A stretch of 64,000 bases of DNA from Histomonas meleagridis 2922-C6/04-290x (GCA_020184695.1 JAANOX010000117.1:62001-126000); one strand, 5' to 3'; positions 31,857 to 43,699 are shown, counted from the stretch's first letter. The notes: generated by a model not told the origin, from the letters alone. Program-made: numbers and translations.

Positions 31857-33836
31857 ATGGTGTATACGTATTTTATTTTCCATACATTGTTTACGATTAA
31901 TTCAGACCATGTTCACATTTGCTCAAAGTTATTTATACTAAACATTATTTTTTATAATTACTTAAAAAATAGATTATTCAATATTCTACATATTATATTT
32001 AATATCTTTCCGATTTATTTACATTCAACATGCTTTTTGTTATCCCTGATATTTTATTTATCTTGTTTTAAATCAATAATTTCATTTTTAAAACTTCGGT
32101 TGTGTTTTATTTCAGGAGCCCATTTAAAATATTTATGTAATTTATTGGATGAACACTATCTTCTATTTGTTTTATCTTTTTTTCAAAAATTTACAGTGTT
32201 TATTTTATTTTGTATCATTAATAATATTTTATCATTGTTATTCATTAAAACAAGAAATTATTTAAGAAATTTAAATCGAAATATTTTCAGCAAAGAAAAG
32301 TTTAAATTCAGAATTCTTCCATTTTTATTTATTCTTTTTTTCATTCGATCATTTGAAACATTTGATAATATAACCCAAACACTTATTATATCGAATTCAA
32401 ATGAATTTGAAAATATTGATTTATATAAAACTCGAACAAAATATCTTATAATTAATGGAAGTGTTGAAATAATTACAGATTATGCTTTTTCTAGTTGGTC
32501 AAATTTAGTTTCTGTTGAAATTGGCAATTCAGTTACATCAATTGGTGATCATGCATTTCTATCATGCTCTAATTTAACAACAGCTATTATTGGAGAAAGT
32601 GTTACAATAATTAATGAATATGCATTTCACGAATGTTCAATAATAAATATCATAATTCCAGATTCAGTTTATTCAATTGGTGGTTATGCATTTCAATCAT
32701 GTAAATCTTTAGGAACAGTTATCATTGGTGAAAGTGTATCATTTATTGGTATTTATGCATTTCAATACTGCTATAATCTTACATGTATATATTATAAAGG
32801 TTATAGCAAACCAACATTTCAAAATGATTATGTTTTTGATAATATACCAGCAAAATATGTTATGACATCAGATTTATATGAAGATACAACATTTGGTACA
32901 CTCAAAGTATCTAAAGGCTCATCAATTAAAGAATGTGCTCAATATCCATGGCCAACACACACATTCACTAAATCAAATACATTTACTCAATCAAATACAT
33001 TTACAGACACATTCACTAAATCAAACACATTTACTAATTCAAATACATTTACTAATACATTTACTCAATCAAATATATTCACTAAATCAAATACATTTAC
33101 TAAATCAAATACATTTACTCATTCAAATACATTTACTAAATCAAATACTTTTACTAATTCGAATACATTTACTAAAACATTTACTCAATCAAATACATTT
33201 TCTAATTCAAATACATTTACAGACACATTCACTAAATCAAACACATTTACTAATTCAAATACATTTACTAAAACATTTACTCAATCAAATACATTTTCTA
33301 ATTCAAATACATTTACAAATTCGAATACATTTACTAAATCATTTACATTTACATTTGAATCTTTAAATAATTATATGACAACATTATCGAATTCAATTAT
33401 TTTAACGAATTCATTATTTATTACACAAACATTAACATTAAATAATATATTTTCAACAAATTCATATTCAATTACAATAAATAATTCGATATTCACATAT
33501 ATTAAGAGTGAAATCTTTTCATATGAATATATAATTTATCAATATTCTACATATTATTCTTATTATTCTAATTTCTTTACAGTCATTTCATATATTTTTA
33601 TTGAACGAAAATCTATTTCAAACGAAGTATTAATTGGTATTATATGTGGCTCGATTGGATTTATTTTATTAATCACTGGAATTATTATATTTGTAATTCA
33701 TAAGAATCGGAAACAAATTTCAACATCAACACCAAAAGCCATTTCTAATTCATCAACAGATAACAAAAGCCTAACAGAACATGTAGACCAAGAACTCAAT
33801 CAACTTTTTAATAATGAAGAAGATCATTGGATATAA
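31857..33836 (+). CDS. BspA-like LRR surface protein, short A-type ectodomain, long stalk, anchor X
   Basis: Same N-terminal block as 28327, fewer LRRs, about 20 stalk units, TM, tail ..EEDHWI. Confidence 0.92.
   Translation: MVYTYFIFHTLFTINSDHVHICSKLFILNIIFYNYLKNRLFNILHIIFNIFPIYLHSTCFLLSLIFYLSCFKSIISFLKLRLCFISGAHLKYLCNLLDEHYLLFVLSFFQKFTVFILFCIINNILSLLFIKTRNYLRNLNRNIFSKEKFKFRILPFLFILFFIRSFETFDNITQTLIISNSNEFENIDLYKTRTKYLIINGSVEIITDYAFSSWSNLVSVEIGNSVTSIGDHAFLSCSNLTTAIIGESVTIINEYAFHECSIINIIIPDSVYSIGGYAFQSCKSLGTVIIGESVSFIGIYAFQYCYNLTCIYYKGYSKPTFQNDYVFDNIPAKYVMTSDLYEDTTFGTLKVSKGSSIKECAQYPWPTHTFTKSNTFTQSNTFTDTFTKSNTFTNSNTFTNTFTQSNIFTKSNTFTKSNTFTHSNTFTKSNTFTNSNTFTKTFTQSNTFSNSNTFTDTFTKSNTFTNSNTFTKTFTQSNTFSNSNTFTNSNTFTKSFTFTFESLNNYMTTLSNSIILTNSLFITQTLTLNNIFSTNSYSITINNSIFTYIKSEIFSYEYIIYQYSTYYSYYSNFFTVISYIFIERKSISNEVLIGIICGSIGFILLITGIIIFVIHKNRKQISTSTPKAISNSSTDNKSLTEHVDQELNQLFNNEEDHWI
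32960..33340. repeat. 18-bp stalk tandem repeat (T/S-x-S-N-T-F), about 20 units
   Basis: ACTAAATCAAATACATTT-like units. Confidence 0.9.
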
Positions 33837-34182
33837 TATACAGAAAACTAGAGTTCTCAGTTAGGTACAAACCATTTGGCTGAGCCCTCAGCCATAAGTA
33901 AATAATATGTTGCATAAGATTGAATTGCTTGGCGAAGCAGACATGCCAAAGCCAACAACTCTCTTTTTATGAATACTTTTTTAAATAATTGTGATTCGTT
34001 GGAAATATATTTTCTGAGAGAAAAAAGTAACACTGTAATGATATCATCGTTTAATATAATTTACAGAAAACTTATGCGATGTTCAACGTGTATAATATTT
34101 TGTAATTTCATAATTTTTTGTTTTCTGAAATGTATAAATTTGTAAAATAAAAAAATTGGTATCTAAAAAACAGTTTATACAT

Positions 34183-36678
34183 TTAAATTTTGTGTATTTT
34201 GTTCTTATCATAAAAAAAGTAAATCATTTTCTTCGACACGTTTGGTAATTTGTTCAATTCCGCATCAAACGGCTTTCCGATGATATTTCTCATTTCCACA
34301 AAGCAGAAAACAGCCGATTTCCTTACCTCAACTCTTTCGTCATTTAACATTGGCTTTAATTTATCGATTATCACATGAATTTTTGGTGCCAAATCTTTAG
34401 CCTTTGTTCTTCTTATCACAAGCGTCAGCACGTCCACAGACGCCAACGATACGTCACTTTTGAAGTAATTAACCGTTTCGGTTATCAGTTCAGAGTTTGC
34501 CACTTTTGATAAACGTTCGATACATTTTTCGATTTCTTCGAAATATGCGGATCGAATCAAGCCAACTAAGTAAGGAATTGCTTGCCGAAAGTACTTCCCC
34601 TTTGTTTCCTCAAAGAATTGTTGCAAGTATATTATCGGCTCATATTTATTTTTGTTTCCATCGATTAAATGCAAAATGTTTTCAAGTCTTTGTTCCGGGT
34701 TTTCGACGTTTTGTAATTGTTGTGAGAACACGCGAATTGGTTTTTTGCTTCCATCGACTGAAGGTTCGAGATGTAATGTTCTTAGTAAATGTTTCCAATT
34801 TTCGCCAACTGAATTTGCAAATGCTTGAAAAACATTCGGATTTACTTCGTTAATCTTGTTCAGTAAGCCAACAGACAGCGCAGAAAACCTTTGCTCGTTT
34901 GTTGTTTCGTATACAGAGCAACAAACGGGAAGTAATTCCTTCATGATTTCATTCTGCATTAACACAGATTCATGTTTTCGGACAATATTTGCAGCAAATG
35001 ATAGAAGTGGCGGCGACGGAGGGCATTTTAGCCCAATGAAAAGAAGGATTTCGCCGGAATAATGTGTAGATAGTAAACGAAGAACGGCTGACGCGTTAAG
35101 AGATATACGTGAATTGGTTTGGTTTGCTTTGCCAAGTAAAATTGTTATGAGGTCGCTAAGATGATAATTAAATGATTGTGGAATAAGTGGAATGATGTCA
35201 ATAATCAGATTAAGTGATAAAATAAGTATCGACTCATTGGAGCTCTTTAGACACTGCATAAAACCTGTGGCAATTTGTGTTGAATTATTTTCAATTGTCG
35301 AATAATCTGAAGAAGAAAATGCACTACGTACTGTGTTAAGGAAAATACTTTCGTTACCTTCCGTACAAACAAAAGAAGGAATATCTTCGATTTGTTTGCG
35401 TTTGTCATTTTTTGAATCTGTCAATATAAAAGATGAAGAATGAGGTTTGAACTGAACATTTTTTGGTGGTTCTTCAGGTTGTGGATTAGGTTCTATAGTA
35501 ATATGTGGGACTTGTTCTGTGTTTTCTAATTCTGTTTTGGGAAGGTTAAATGAGGTGACGGTTTTTTCTGAGATTTTTTTCGGTTTTTGATTCGTTTGTA
35601 GAGACTGCATTTTCGCTTTGAGGATTGATGAAATATCAAATGTTGTCTCAGCTCTTAAATCGTTTTCGAAGTTGAAGTTTGGTTTTGACTTGGAGTCAAT
35701 TTTAGTACGCATTTGTTGGAATTGCTTTTTAATTTGGGCAGGTGATTTTGAAACAAATGAAGGAGGATTTCTTTGCTTTGGAACTGAAGTAGGTTCAGTA
35801 AGTTTTGATGGCTGTTGAATTGTCTTTGGTTTGTGATGTTCGAATGTATCTGATGTATTTAATTTTATTTGTTTGTCAGTGGAAACATTTGCTTGTGTAA
35901 ACTTCGCTCTGGTTTTCTCATCAAATTGAGAAAGTAAAATCGATTTTCGTTCAGGAAATTTCATTAACAATTCATTTAATGCATTCCTTGAGTTTTTTCG
36001 TGCTTCAGACCCAGCATCTGAAATTAAGATTTTAAGCGCTTTTTCTATCTTTTTGATATTTTGTTGGATATTTTGGCGTGACCATTCATTGATTATGATT
36101 TCAAGACATTCTGAAACAATATTTCTGTGGATTTGTGACTTGGATGAAATCTCTTCAAAAAGAATTGACAAGACTTTCTTCGACTGACAATATCTTGTAA
36201 TTGAAAAAATAACATATTTGCATGAATGAGATATTATTTGTGTTCCATGTGTCGTTGGTTGGAATAAGTTTGGAACTATTGTTTCAACAGCTTGTTCAAA
36301 TTTGTCTTGAAGTGATTTTACTAATTGTGATAAAAAGAGACAGCTATATTTAACTAGTGTGCTCCTGAAATTTAACACACATGGTATCAATGCAGTGATT
36401 ATTTTCATTAATTGAGAAGTGAATGATTGATAATTTCCAATATTTCCTTGGACTAAAGACATTCCTCTTTGTATCGCAGCAAGTTGATCATCCCAGTCCT
36501 TGCTTGATTCAAACCTCAATATTAAATCTTGTGTTTCTTTTAATGCGGTTTTTTCATTTGTGATAGGAATTGGTTCAATATTTTCACCAATTGTATTGAA
36601 CATGCTTGCAATAACTTGCGATATATCATTCGTTGTTTGATTTTTTAGAATACTTTTTGGTTGATTCCCTTCATTCAT
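34183..36678 (-). CDS. CLASP: CLASP-family TOG/HEAT microtubule-binding protein
   Basis: WDDQLAAIQ..FRSTLVKYSCLFLSQL..DAGSEARKNSR CLASP_N pattern and C-terminal DERVEVRKSAVFCFV. Confidence 0.82.
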   Translation of the reverse strand: MNEGNQPKSILKNQTTNDISQVIASMFNTIGENIEPIPITNEKTALKETQDLILRFESSKDWDDQLAAIQRGMSLVQGNIGNYQSFTSQLMKIITALIPCVLNFRSTLVKYSCLFLSQLVKSLQDKFEQAVETIVPNLFQPTTHGTQIISHSCKYVIFSITRYCQSKKVLSILFEEISSKSQIHRNIVSECLEIIINEWSRQNIQQNIKKIEKALKILISDAGSEARKNSRNALNELLMKFPERKSILLSQFDEKTRAKFTQANVSTDKQIKLNTSDTFEHHKPKTIQQPSKLTEPTSVPKQRNPPSFVSKSPAQIKKQFQQMRTKIDSKSKPNFNFENDLRAETTFDISSILKAKMQSLQTNQKPKKISEKTVTSFNLPKTELENTEQVPHITIEPNPQPEEPPKNVQFKPHSSSFILTDSKNDKRKQIEDIPSFVCTEGNESIFLNTVRSAFSSSDYSTIENNSTQIATGFMQCLKSSNESILILSLNLIIDIIPLIPQSFNYHLSDLITILLGKANQTNSRISLNASAVLRLLSTHYSGEILLFIGLKCPPSPPLLSFAANIVRKHESVLMQNEIMKELLPVCCSVYETTNEQRFSALSVGLLNKINEVNPNVFQAFANSVGENWKHLLRTLHLEPSVDGSKKPIRVFSQQLQNVENPEQRLENILHLIDGNKNKYEPIIYLQQFFEETKGKYFRQAIPYLVGLIRSAYFEEIEKCIERLSKVANSELITETVNYFKSDVSLASVDVLTLVIRRTKAKDLAPKIHVIIDKLKPMLNDERVEVRKSAVFCFVEMRNIIGKPFDAELNKLPNVSKKMIYFFYDKNKIHKI

Positions 36679-36980
36679 TTATTTGTGGACGTTTATAATT
36701 CCATACGAAAACGTTCTCCAAGTAAATCGTATGAAACTAATTAAAATTGAAGGTGTATGAAGTCGAATTTTCAAAATACTACTACGTAGTTACCTATTTA
36801 CAGAAATAGATAGTGTGATAGTTCAAATAATCAAACAAATTCAAATCATAATATTATGATTTAATTTTTTGATCGAAAATCAATAAAAATATTTCATACT
36901 AAAACATAAAGAAACATAAGGATAAAAAAAGTATTCATAAAATTTTGAGAAATTCGATTAATGTTTAGAAATGTATTTTT

Positions 36981-37334
36981 TTAGTCAATCTCTTTGACAA
37001 CATAATCACCATAATCAATTTGAACTTTCGAACCAGATGGAAAGTCCATGATGACAGTATTAATGAGTCTTTCATCCTTGACTTTTTGAGGTTCTTTATA
37101 ATTTCCATGATTTGTTTTTTCGTAGTCTTCCTTTCTTTTAGCAATGAATTTTTCCTTTTTTTCAATATCCTTTTTTAGCTTTTTAGCTTCTTTTTGAAGT
37201 TTTGATATTTCTTGCTTGTTTTCATCTTCTAATCTTACTAAATCTTTCTTCTTTTCCTCAATCCTAGCTGCAAGTTCTTTGATTTTTTCATCATTGTTCT
37301 TGATGATTTCTGCATATTTCTCGGCATCCGTCAT
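36981..37334 (-). CDS. Small coiled-coil hypothetical protein (117 aa from ATG 37334)
   Basis: K/E-rich heptads. The track start at 37454 overlaps the neighbouring gene, so the internal ATG is preferred. Confidence 0.6.
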   Translation of the reverse strand: MTDAEKYAEIIKNNDEKIKELAARIEEKKKDLVRLEDENKQEISKLQKEAKKLKKDIEKKEKFIAKRKEDYEKTNHGNYKEPQKVKDERLINTVIMDFPSGSKVQIDYGDYVVKEID

Positions 37335-37438
37335 TTCGAAAATATTTGTCAATACTGTTTTCTCACAAAAAGCTACTGTCATTTTTTTGGGAAGTGAACA
37401 GAATAAACGGGCGAAAATAAACGTCCATTGAGTTACTA

Positions 37439-39190
37439 ATGTCCAAACTTCCAACAGCAGAATCGATAAAAAAAGTAACTGATATCAACCAACTACAGAA
37501 TGTTTGTATTGCATTACTTAAAGTATATGAAAAAGAAGAAAAAAAGAAAAAAGAATATCGAAATTCAGCTGCTGTTCTTCGTCAACAAATTAAAGCATCA
37601 GAACTTGAAAACAGCAGCCTTGTTGAGAAGGCAAAAATACTAGAAGAAATATCACGTAATACTGTTGATAGTAGCAAAGAAAATGAACGATTAAAACAAG
37701 AAGTAAATCAATTACAAGAAAAAATTAATAATATCAAAGAAGAAAACGCAACCAAATTCCAAACTTATGAAAAAGACATTGAAAGGTATAAACTTGCATT
37801 ATCCAGACTCGAAACAGAAAATACACAATATCGAAATAACATAAAAGAATCCACAGCTGAAGAATCTCAATCAAATGCTGAGACTTCATCTTCGCAAGCC
37901 ACCGAAAATGAAAGTCTCAAAAATATTAATTCCGAATATCAAAATCACATATTCCAATTAGAAAACGAAATTCTTACACTCAAAGAATCCCACAAAACAG
38001 AAATTGCTATGTTAAATCAACAGAAGTCCCTTGAACTCCAAACCAAAACAGATTCCTTCAATACACAAATCACAGATCTAAATAACACAATTCAACAACT
38101 TCAAATCGAAAACGACAATTTACAAAACAAAATCAATTCACAAAACGATGAACAAAAAGCTCTTGTTTCCATTATCGAATCCAACAAAACCAAAGCCGAA
38201 ACACGAATCAATAAACTCAAGCAAAAAAACATAAAACAATTTAATGAACATAATCGCGAACTCCAAAAACTCAACGAAACGAATCAAAACTTATCATCGC
38301 AAATCCAAAAATATAAAACACTCGAAACAGAACATCAACAAACTCAAGAACAGATCACAAATTCAGAGCAGCGAATTCACGACTTAGAGACCGAATCCAA
38401 ATATATGCTCTCCAAAATCAATGAATTAACCAATTCATTAACTAATTACGAAGACGTCAAAGCAGAAAACAAAACGTTGCAAGAAGAAAACGAAAAACTT
38501 CGTAGTGAACTTATTCAAACGAAACATTTTTCGCAAGAATACGAATCCGCTTATAAAGAATTACAATCGACAATTGAAGACAAGAATTCGACAATTGTTA
38601 AACTTAAAGGACTTTTGTCGCGTTCTGTTAAATCGGACCAAAGGAAACAACAAGTGATTGATGAACTACAACAAAATGTAATTCCAACAAATGTTGAGCC
38701 AATAGAAACAAAAGAACAAATCGAAGAATTGAAAAATAAAATTTTTGAGCTAAAAGAACAAATTAAAAACTCAGAAGCATCAAAGAAATTAAAAGATAAA
38801 AACAAAAGAATCACCGAAATGCTTGAAAAGTCAAACGCGTTATATACCGAACTATTCCAGAAATATCAAAATGTAATAAAAAATGGAACAGAAAAGAAAT
38901 TGGAAAAGTTCGAAATATTTAATGTGTCGCCGAAAAATATAATAAGAAAAAAACAACAAAAGAAAAATAACGCAACTGATAGAAAGGAAAAGAAAATGGC
39001 AAAAAACGCATATTTAAGAAGAATTTTGTTGGAGTTCTTCTCCGCGGAATTGGACGACGAAAGAATGCAATTGATTCCAATGATTTTGGAGCTGGTGGGA
39101 TGCACAAAGGAACAAGTCGCACTCGTCGAAAGGCAATACGAAAGAAAAAGAAACTTCTTCGCAAACGTTTCGGGCGTATTCGGAATATGA
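37439..39190 (+). CDS. GRIP-domain golgin (long coiled coil)
   Basis: Extended coiled coil and C-terminal AYLRRILLEFF..RMQLIPMILELVGCTKEQ. Confidence 0.75.
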   Translation: MSKLPTAESIKKVTDINQLQNVCIALLKVYEKEEKKKKEYRNSAAVLRQQIKASELENSSLVEKAKILEEISRNTVDSSKENERLKQEVNQLQEKINNIKEENATKFQTYEKDIERYKLALSRLETENTQYRNNIKESTAEESQSNAETSSSQATENESLKNINSEYQNHIFQLENEILTLKESHKTEIAMLNQQKSLELQTKTDSFNTQITDLNNTIQQLQIENDNLQNKINSQNDEQKALVSIIESNKTKAETRINKLKQKNIKQFNEHNRELQKLNETNQNLSSQIQKYKTLETEHQQTQEQITNSEQRIHDLETESKYMLSKINELTNSLTNYEDVKAENKTLQEENEKLRSELIQTKHFSQEYESAYKELQSTIEDKNSTIVKLKGLLSRSVKSDQRKQQVIDELQQNVIPTNVEPIETKEQIEELKNKIFELKEQIKNSEASKKLKDKNKRITEMLEKSNALYTELFQKYQNVIKNGTEKKLEKFEIFNVSPKNIIRKKQQKKNNATDRKEKKMAKNAYLRRILLEFFSAELDDERMQLIPMILELVGCTKEQVALVERQYERKRNFFANVSGVFGI

Positions 39191-39764
39191 AAATTGTTTA
39201 TTAAAGTTATGTTAGAAAGGAATTAAATTTTTCATTTAAATATTTATTTGTTGTTGTATATACCTTGGAAACACTTATTCGGATAATTCAGAACGCCATT
39301 ATATATGTCACCGCAGCTTGTAGAATACATAAATAAGTTTAACCCATTACAATTGTAAAAAATCGTAATTCAAAGCTAACTAATATCTTTCAATGTTATA
39401 ACTAAATAATTTTGACTTTGAAAAAAAATATGTATCATTTTGTCGAAGATCTTTATTTGTTCAAAACTATTGCTATAAAATGTGATAGTGTACCAATACC
39501 AACATTACTTTGATATTCAAACACTAAAAATTTTATTATTTCCACGAAAAAAATTTGTTGGTCGAGTTTAGTTTAGATGGTATCAATAATTCAGAAATAA
39601 AACCAAAAAAATTACACCGGAAAATGCCAGGACAACGTTTCCATTTTTCAAAATTGTTAGATTAATTTATCGTTTATTTCTGAGAAATGAGAAACGTTTC
39701 TTTCAATTACTGGCGGCTATATCATTATTTCATATAACATTTCCTTATCAAAAGCTATTGAACA

Positions 39765-40913
39765 ATGTCCAGTGCACCCGAGCTTGTTACAATTTTACGA
39801 AGAGTTAAAGAACGTATAACGAAAGGAACTGGAAATTATTCAGCTATTCTCAAAATAATATCAGCTCGTATCGATGCCGAAGAAAAAATCGCAAGCTTAT
39901 TAAAATCAACAATACCTTCCACCTATGATACAACAGATCCACTTGTTAATAACTTTATCGAAGAATTGAAGAAAGAACAAGAACAACACATACAATTTTC
40001 CAAAGAGCTTAAAGCCGAAGTTTATTCACCAGCAAATAAATACTCAACCACGATGCATGAAAAGCAAAAGTCACTTCTTTCCACAGTTAAAAAGACCAAA
40101 ATGGGTCTTCTTAAGTTAATCAATGATAGAGAAAAAGCGCAAAAAGAAGTAGAATCAGCCAAAGCCAAATGTAATGGACTTCAAGGTCCACAACTTGAGA
40201 AACAGAATGCCAAAGTAGCCAAAGCCCAACAAGAACTTGCCAAGAAGACACAACTTGAAACCAAGAAAGCGCAAAGTGAAGCCTCCACATCCATTCCAAT
40301 CATCCACCGTGACTTCAGCGACTTTGATTCAGCCCGTCTTTCCAAGCTCCAGGCGGCCATTGTCAAGTTCCAAAGCCTGAAGACATCAATGAACGGGCGA
40401 ATTGACAGTGGTGCTAAAAGTTTCACAGAAAAAGTGACAACATATGATACGAGTGACCGAAGTCAGCAAATGGTCACAAGAGTCTTCGATACGTCGTCCA
40501 AAGATGTCAAGATCGAAGTACAAGGGGATGGCGAGCAAACACTTGTCGGAGTAGCAATTTCAGATTATCGAAGTGATGAGCCAAAAGATCTTCAATTTTC
40601 TCGAGGAGACCAAATCAAAATCTTGTCCAAACATAAGACAGGTTGGTGGGAAGGAGAATGTAACGGAAGGAAAGGTATGTTCCCAATGACATTTGTTCAA
40701 CTCCCAGAAACAGTCCAAGTCAAGAAAGACCCAATTGGAGCCGTTTTCCTGTGCATAAAGGACTACATGAAGGCACAAACAGGAGACATAGAGTTGCACT
40801 CGGGTGATTTGGTGTACGTTGACTTTATTGCAAACGGAAGATGCAGCGGAACAAATTTGAGAGACCAAAAAAGAGGATACTTCCCACTCGACGCTTTGGA
40901 GCAAAGAGCTTAG
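39765..40913 (+). CDS. F-BAR-like helical domain with two SH3 domains
   Basis: AISDYRSDEPKDLQFSRGDQIKILSKHKTGWWEGECNGRKGMFPMTFV, a second SH3 ending GYFP, and an N-terminal helical bundle. Confidence 0.8.
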   Translation: MSSAPELVTILRRVKERITKGTGNYSAILKIISARIDAEEKIASLLKSTIPSTYDTTDPLVNNFIEELKKEQEQHIQFSKELKAEVYSPANKYSTTMHEKQKSLLSTVKKTKMGLLKLINDREKAQKEVESAKAKCNGLQGPQLEKQNAKVAKAQQELAKKTQLETKKAQSEASTSIPIIHRDFSDFDSARLSKLQAAIVKFQSLKTSMNGRIDSGAKSFTEKVTTYDTSDRSQQMVTRVFDTSSKDVKIEVQGDGEQTLVGVAISDYRSDEPKDLQFSRGDQIKILSKHKTGWWEGECNGRKGMFPMTFVQLPETVQVKKDPIGAVFLCIKDYMKAQTGDIELHSGDLVYVDFIANGRCSGTNLRDQKRGYFPLDALEQRA

Positions 40914-41221
40914 CAATAGTAAAAATGAATATTCGCTCTTAGAAATATATGTTGTGAAAAAAGAATTTTTTTAATGTTTTGTAATCGTTTTATATGTGAA
41001 ATATGTTATTATTATGATATCAAATGACATAATATAAAACTTTTTGTGACATTTGAATATGTTTTTCTTGTTAGATATAGATATAAGTACTTCTTATAAA
41101 AAGTTACAAAGAAAACAAAAATATTATATCAACACAAATAAAATAAAAAGAAATTATTATGAATTTACTTATTGCGGTTTATTAATATCAAATTGATCAA
41201 GAAAATTAAAATTATTGAAAA

Positions 41222-43699
41222 TTATATCCATTGATCTGCTTCATTGTTGATAAATTCATTGATTTCTTTGTTAACATGCTCTGTGTTATTCGTTGATGAT
41301 TTTGATATTACTTTCGTAGTTGATGTTGAAATTTCATTTTTACTTCTGCGAATTACAAATATAATAATTCCAGTGATTAATAAAATAAATCCAATCGAGC
41401 CACATATAATACCAATTAATACTTCGTTTGAAATAGATTTTCGTTCAGGAAAAATATATGAAATGACTGTAAAGAAATTAGAATAATAAAAATAATAATA
41501 TGTAGAATATTGATAAATTATATATTCATATGAAAAGATTTCACTCTTAATATATGTGAATATCGAATTATTTATTGTAATTGAATATGAATTTGTTGAA
41601 AATATATTATTTAATGTTAATGTTTGTGTAATAAATAATGAATTCGTTAAAATAATTGAATTCGATAATGTTGTCATATAATTATTTAAAGATTCAAATG
41701 TAAATGTAAATGATTTAGTAAATGTATTCGAATTTGTAAATGTATTTGAATTAGAAAATGTATTTGATTGAGTAAATGTTTTAGTAAATGTATTTGATTT
41801 GGTGAATGTGTGTGTTGGCCATGGATATTGTGCACATCCTTCAATTGATGAGCCTTTAGATACATCGAGTGTACCAAATGTTGTATCATAATATAAATCT
41901 GATGTCATAACATATTTTGCTGGGACACCTTCAAAGACATAATCATTTTGAAATGTTGGTGAAGAATAACCTTTAAAATATATACATTTAAGATTAGAAC
42001 ATGATTGAAATGCAGAACTTCCAATTGTTGTTACATTATTACCAATGATAACTGTTTCCAAATTTTCACATGTTTGAAATACAAAATTTCCAATTGTTGT
42101 AACTGAATCTGGAATTGTGACATTCGTTAATTTTGTTGAAAAAAATGCAAATGTATAAATACTTTTAACATTATTACCAATAATAACTATTTCTAAATTA
42201 GAACAATATTGAAATGCACTAATACCAATCGTAATAACTGAATCTGAAATGATAACATTTTTGATTAAAGAACTTTTTTGAAATGCATATTTCCCAATAG
42301 TAATAACTGTGTTTGGAAGTTCAAATGTTTCATTAGATTTTCCTGATGGATAACAAAGTATTGTTGTAATACTTTTATCATAAAGAACTCCATCACATTC
42401 TGAATAATATTCATTTTCTTTCGATACGTCAATAAATTGAAGACTTGGACATTGTGCAAAAGCAGCTTCTCCAATTGAAGTTACTGATTTCGGAATTGTA
42501 ATATTAGATAATCTTTCGCAAGATTCAAATGCATTGTTCCCAATTTCTTCAACATTTTCTCCAAGTTGAACTGTAATTAAAGAACTACATGTTTGAAATG
42601 CACTAATACCAATCGTAATAACTGAATCTGAAATGATAACATTTTTGATTAAAGAACTTTTTTGAAATGCATATTTCCCAATAGTAATAACTGTGTTTGG
42701 AAGTTCAAATGTTTCGTTCGATCTTCCTGATGGATAACAAAGTATTGTTGTAATGTTTTTATCATAAAGAACTCCATCACATTCTGAATAATATTCATTT
42801 TCTTTCGATACGTCAATAAATTGAAGAATTATACATTGTGCAAAAGCAGCTTCTCCAATTGAAGTCACTGACTTAGGAATTGTAATATTAGATAATCTTT
42901 CACAAGATTCAAATGCATTGTTCCCGATTTCTTCAACACTTTCTCCAATGTAAACTGCTTCAATTGCATAACAATGATAAAATGCTCGATCTCCAATCGT
43001 TTTAACTGTTTCACTAATTTCAACTGAAATTAATGAAGACCATTCAGAGAATGCACTACTTTCAATCGTTTCAATACCTGAAATAATAAGATGTTTTGTT
43101 TTAGTTTGATATAAATATCTTTTTTCATATTCATTCATATTAGTTATATTCAATGTTTGTGTTGTATTATCAAATATTTCATTTGAAAATGTTAAAAAGA
43201 AAAAAAATAAAAAATAAAAAAATTTTTGAGAAATAATTTGAGAAATAATATTTGTTGAAAAAAAATTCATTTTAACAAATAGTAAAATGAAAATAAAAAT
43301 AAGAAATATTGGAGAATTAAAAAAGAATGAAAAATGTTTTGTTACAAATTGAAATGAGAATTCTCTACTTGCATTATAAAAAAAACCATTTTTATTTAAT
43401 AAAAATATTGAAAGTGTGTAATTTCTAGATTGGAAATTTGTTAAATTATCAACTAATTTAAAATTGTTAAGTATTGAATCAAAAGAAATAAGATGAGAAT
43501 AACAGTTGAAAAATAAGCCGAAATTTCTTGTTTCAGTTAATATTGGATAATTAATACCATTCGTATAAAGTTTATCTACATATTTTGATTTTTGAAAAAA
43601 CATATTTTTTGGCAATGATGTAAAAAAGGATAAAATGCGTACATGCACTAGAAAAATAAGATAGTAGCTCATAAAATTAAAATATTTCCATGGAGACAT
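41222..43699 (-). CDS. BspA-like LRR surface protein, ectodomain B with anchor X
   Basis: Internally duplicated LRR block (VSKENEYYSECDGVLYDK twice), cap, stalk, TM, tail ..EADQWI. Confidence 0.92.
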   Translation of the reverse strand: MSPWKYFNFMSYYLIFLVHVRILSFFTSLPKNMFFQKSKYVDKLYTNGINYPILTETRNFGLFFNCYSHLISFDSILNNFKLVDNLTNFQSRNYTLSIFLLNKNGFFYNASREFSFQFVTKHFSFFFNSPIFLIFIFILLFVKMNFFSTNIISQIISQKFFYFLFFFFLTFSNEIFDNTTQTLNITNMNEYEKRYLYQTKTKHLIISGIETIESSAFSEWSSLISVEISETVKTIGDRAFYHCYAIEAVYIGESVEEIGNNAFESCERLSNITIPKSVTSIGEAAFAQCIILQFIDVSKENEYYSECDGVLYDKNITTILCYPSGRSNETFELPNTVITIGKYAFQKSSLIKNVIISDSVITIGISAFQTCSSLITVQLGENVEEIGNNAFESCERLSNITIPKSVTSIGEAAFAQCPSLQFIDVSKENEYYSECDGVLYDKSITTILCYPSGKSNETFELPNTVITIGKYAFQKSSLIKNVIISDSVITIGISAFQYCSNLEIVIIGNNVKSIYTFAFFSTKLTNVTIPDSVTTIGNFVFQTCENLETVIIGNNVTTIGSSAFQSCSNLKCIYFKGYSSPTFQNDYVFEGVPAKYVMTSDLYYDTTFGTLDVSKGSSIEGCAQYPWPTHTFTKSNTFTKTFTQSNTFSNSNTFTNSNTFTKSFTFTFESLNNYMTTLSNSIILTNSLFITQTLTLNNIFSTNSYSITINNSIFTYIKSEIFSYEYIIYQYSTYYYFYYSNFFTVISYIFPERKSISNEVLIGIICGSIGFILLITGIIIFVIRRSKNEISTSTTKVISKSSTNNTEHVNKEINEFINNEADQWI
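41738..43400. repeat. About 1.7-kb near-identical direct repeat, partner at about 45211-46890
   Basis: Constant offset of 3473 nt checked at 41741, 42068 and 42781. Identity starts inside the stalk repeat. Confidence 0.9.
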
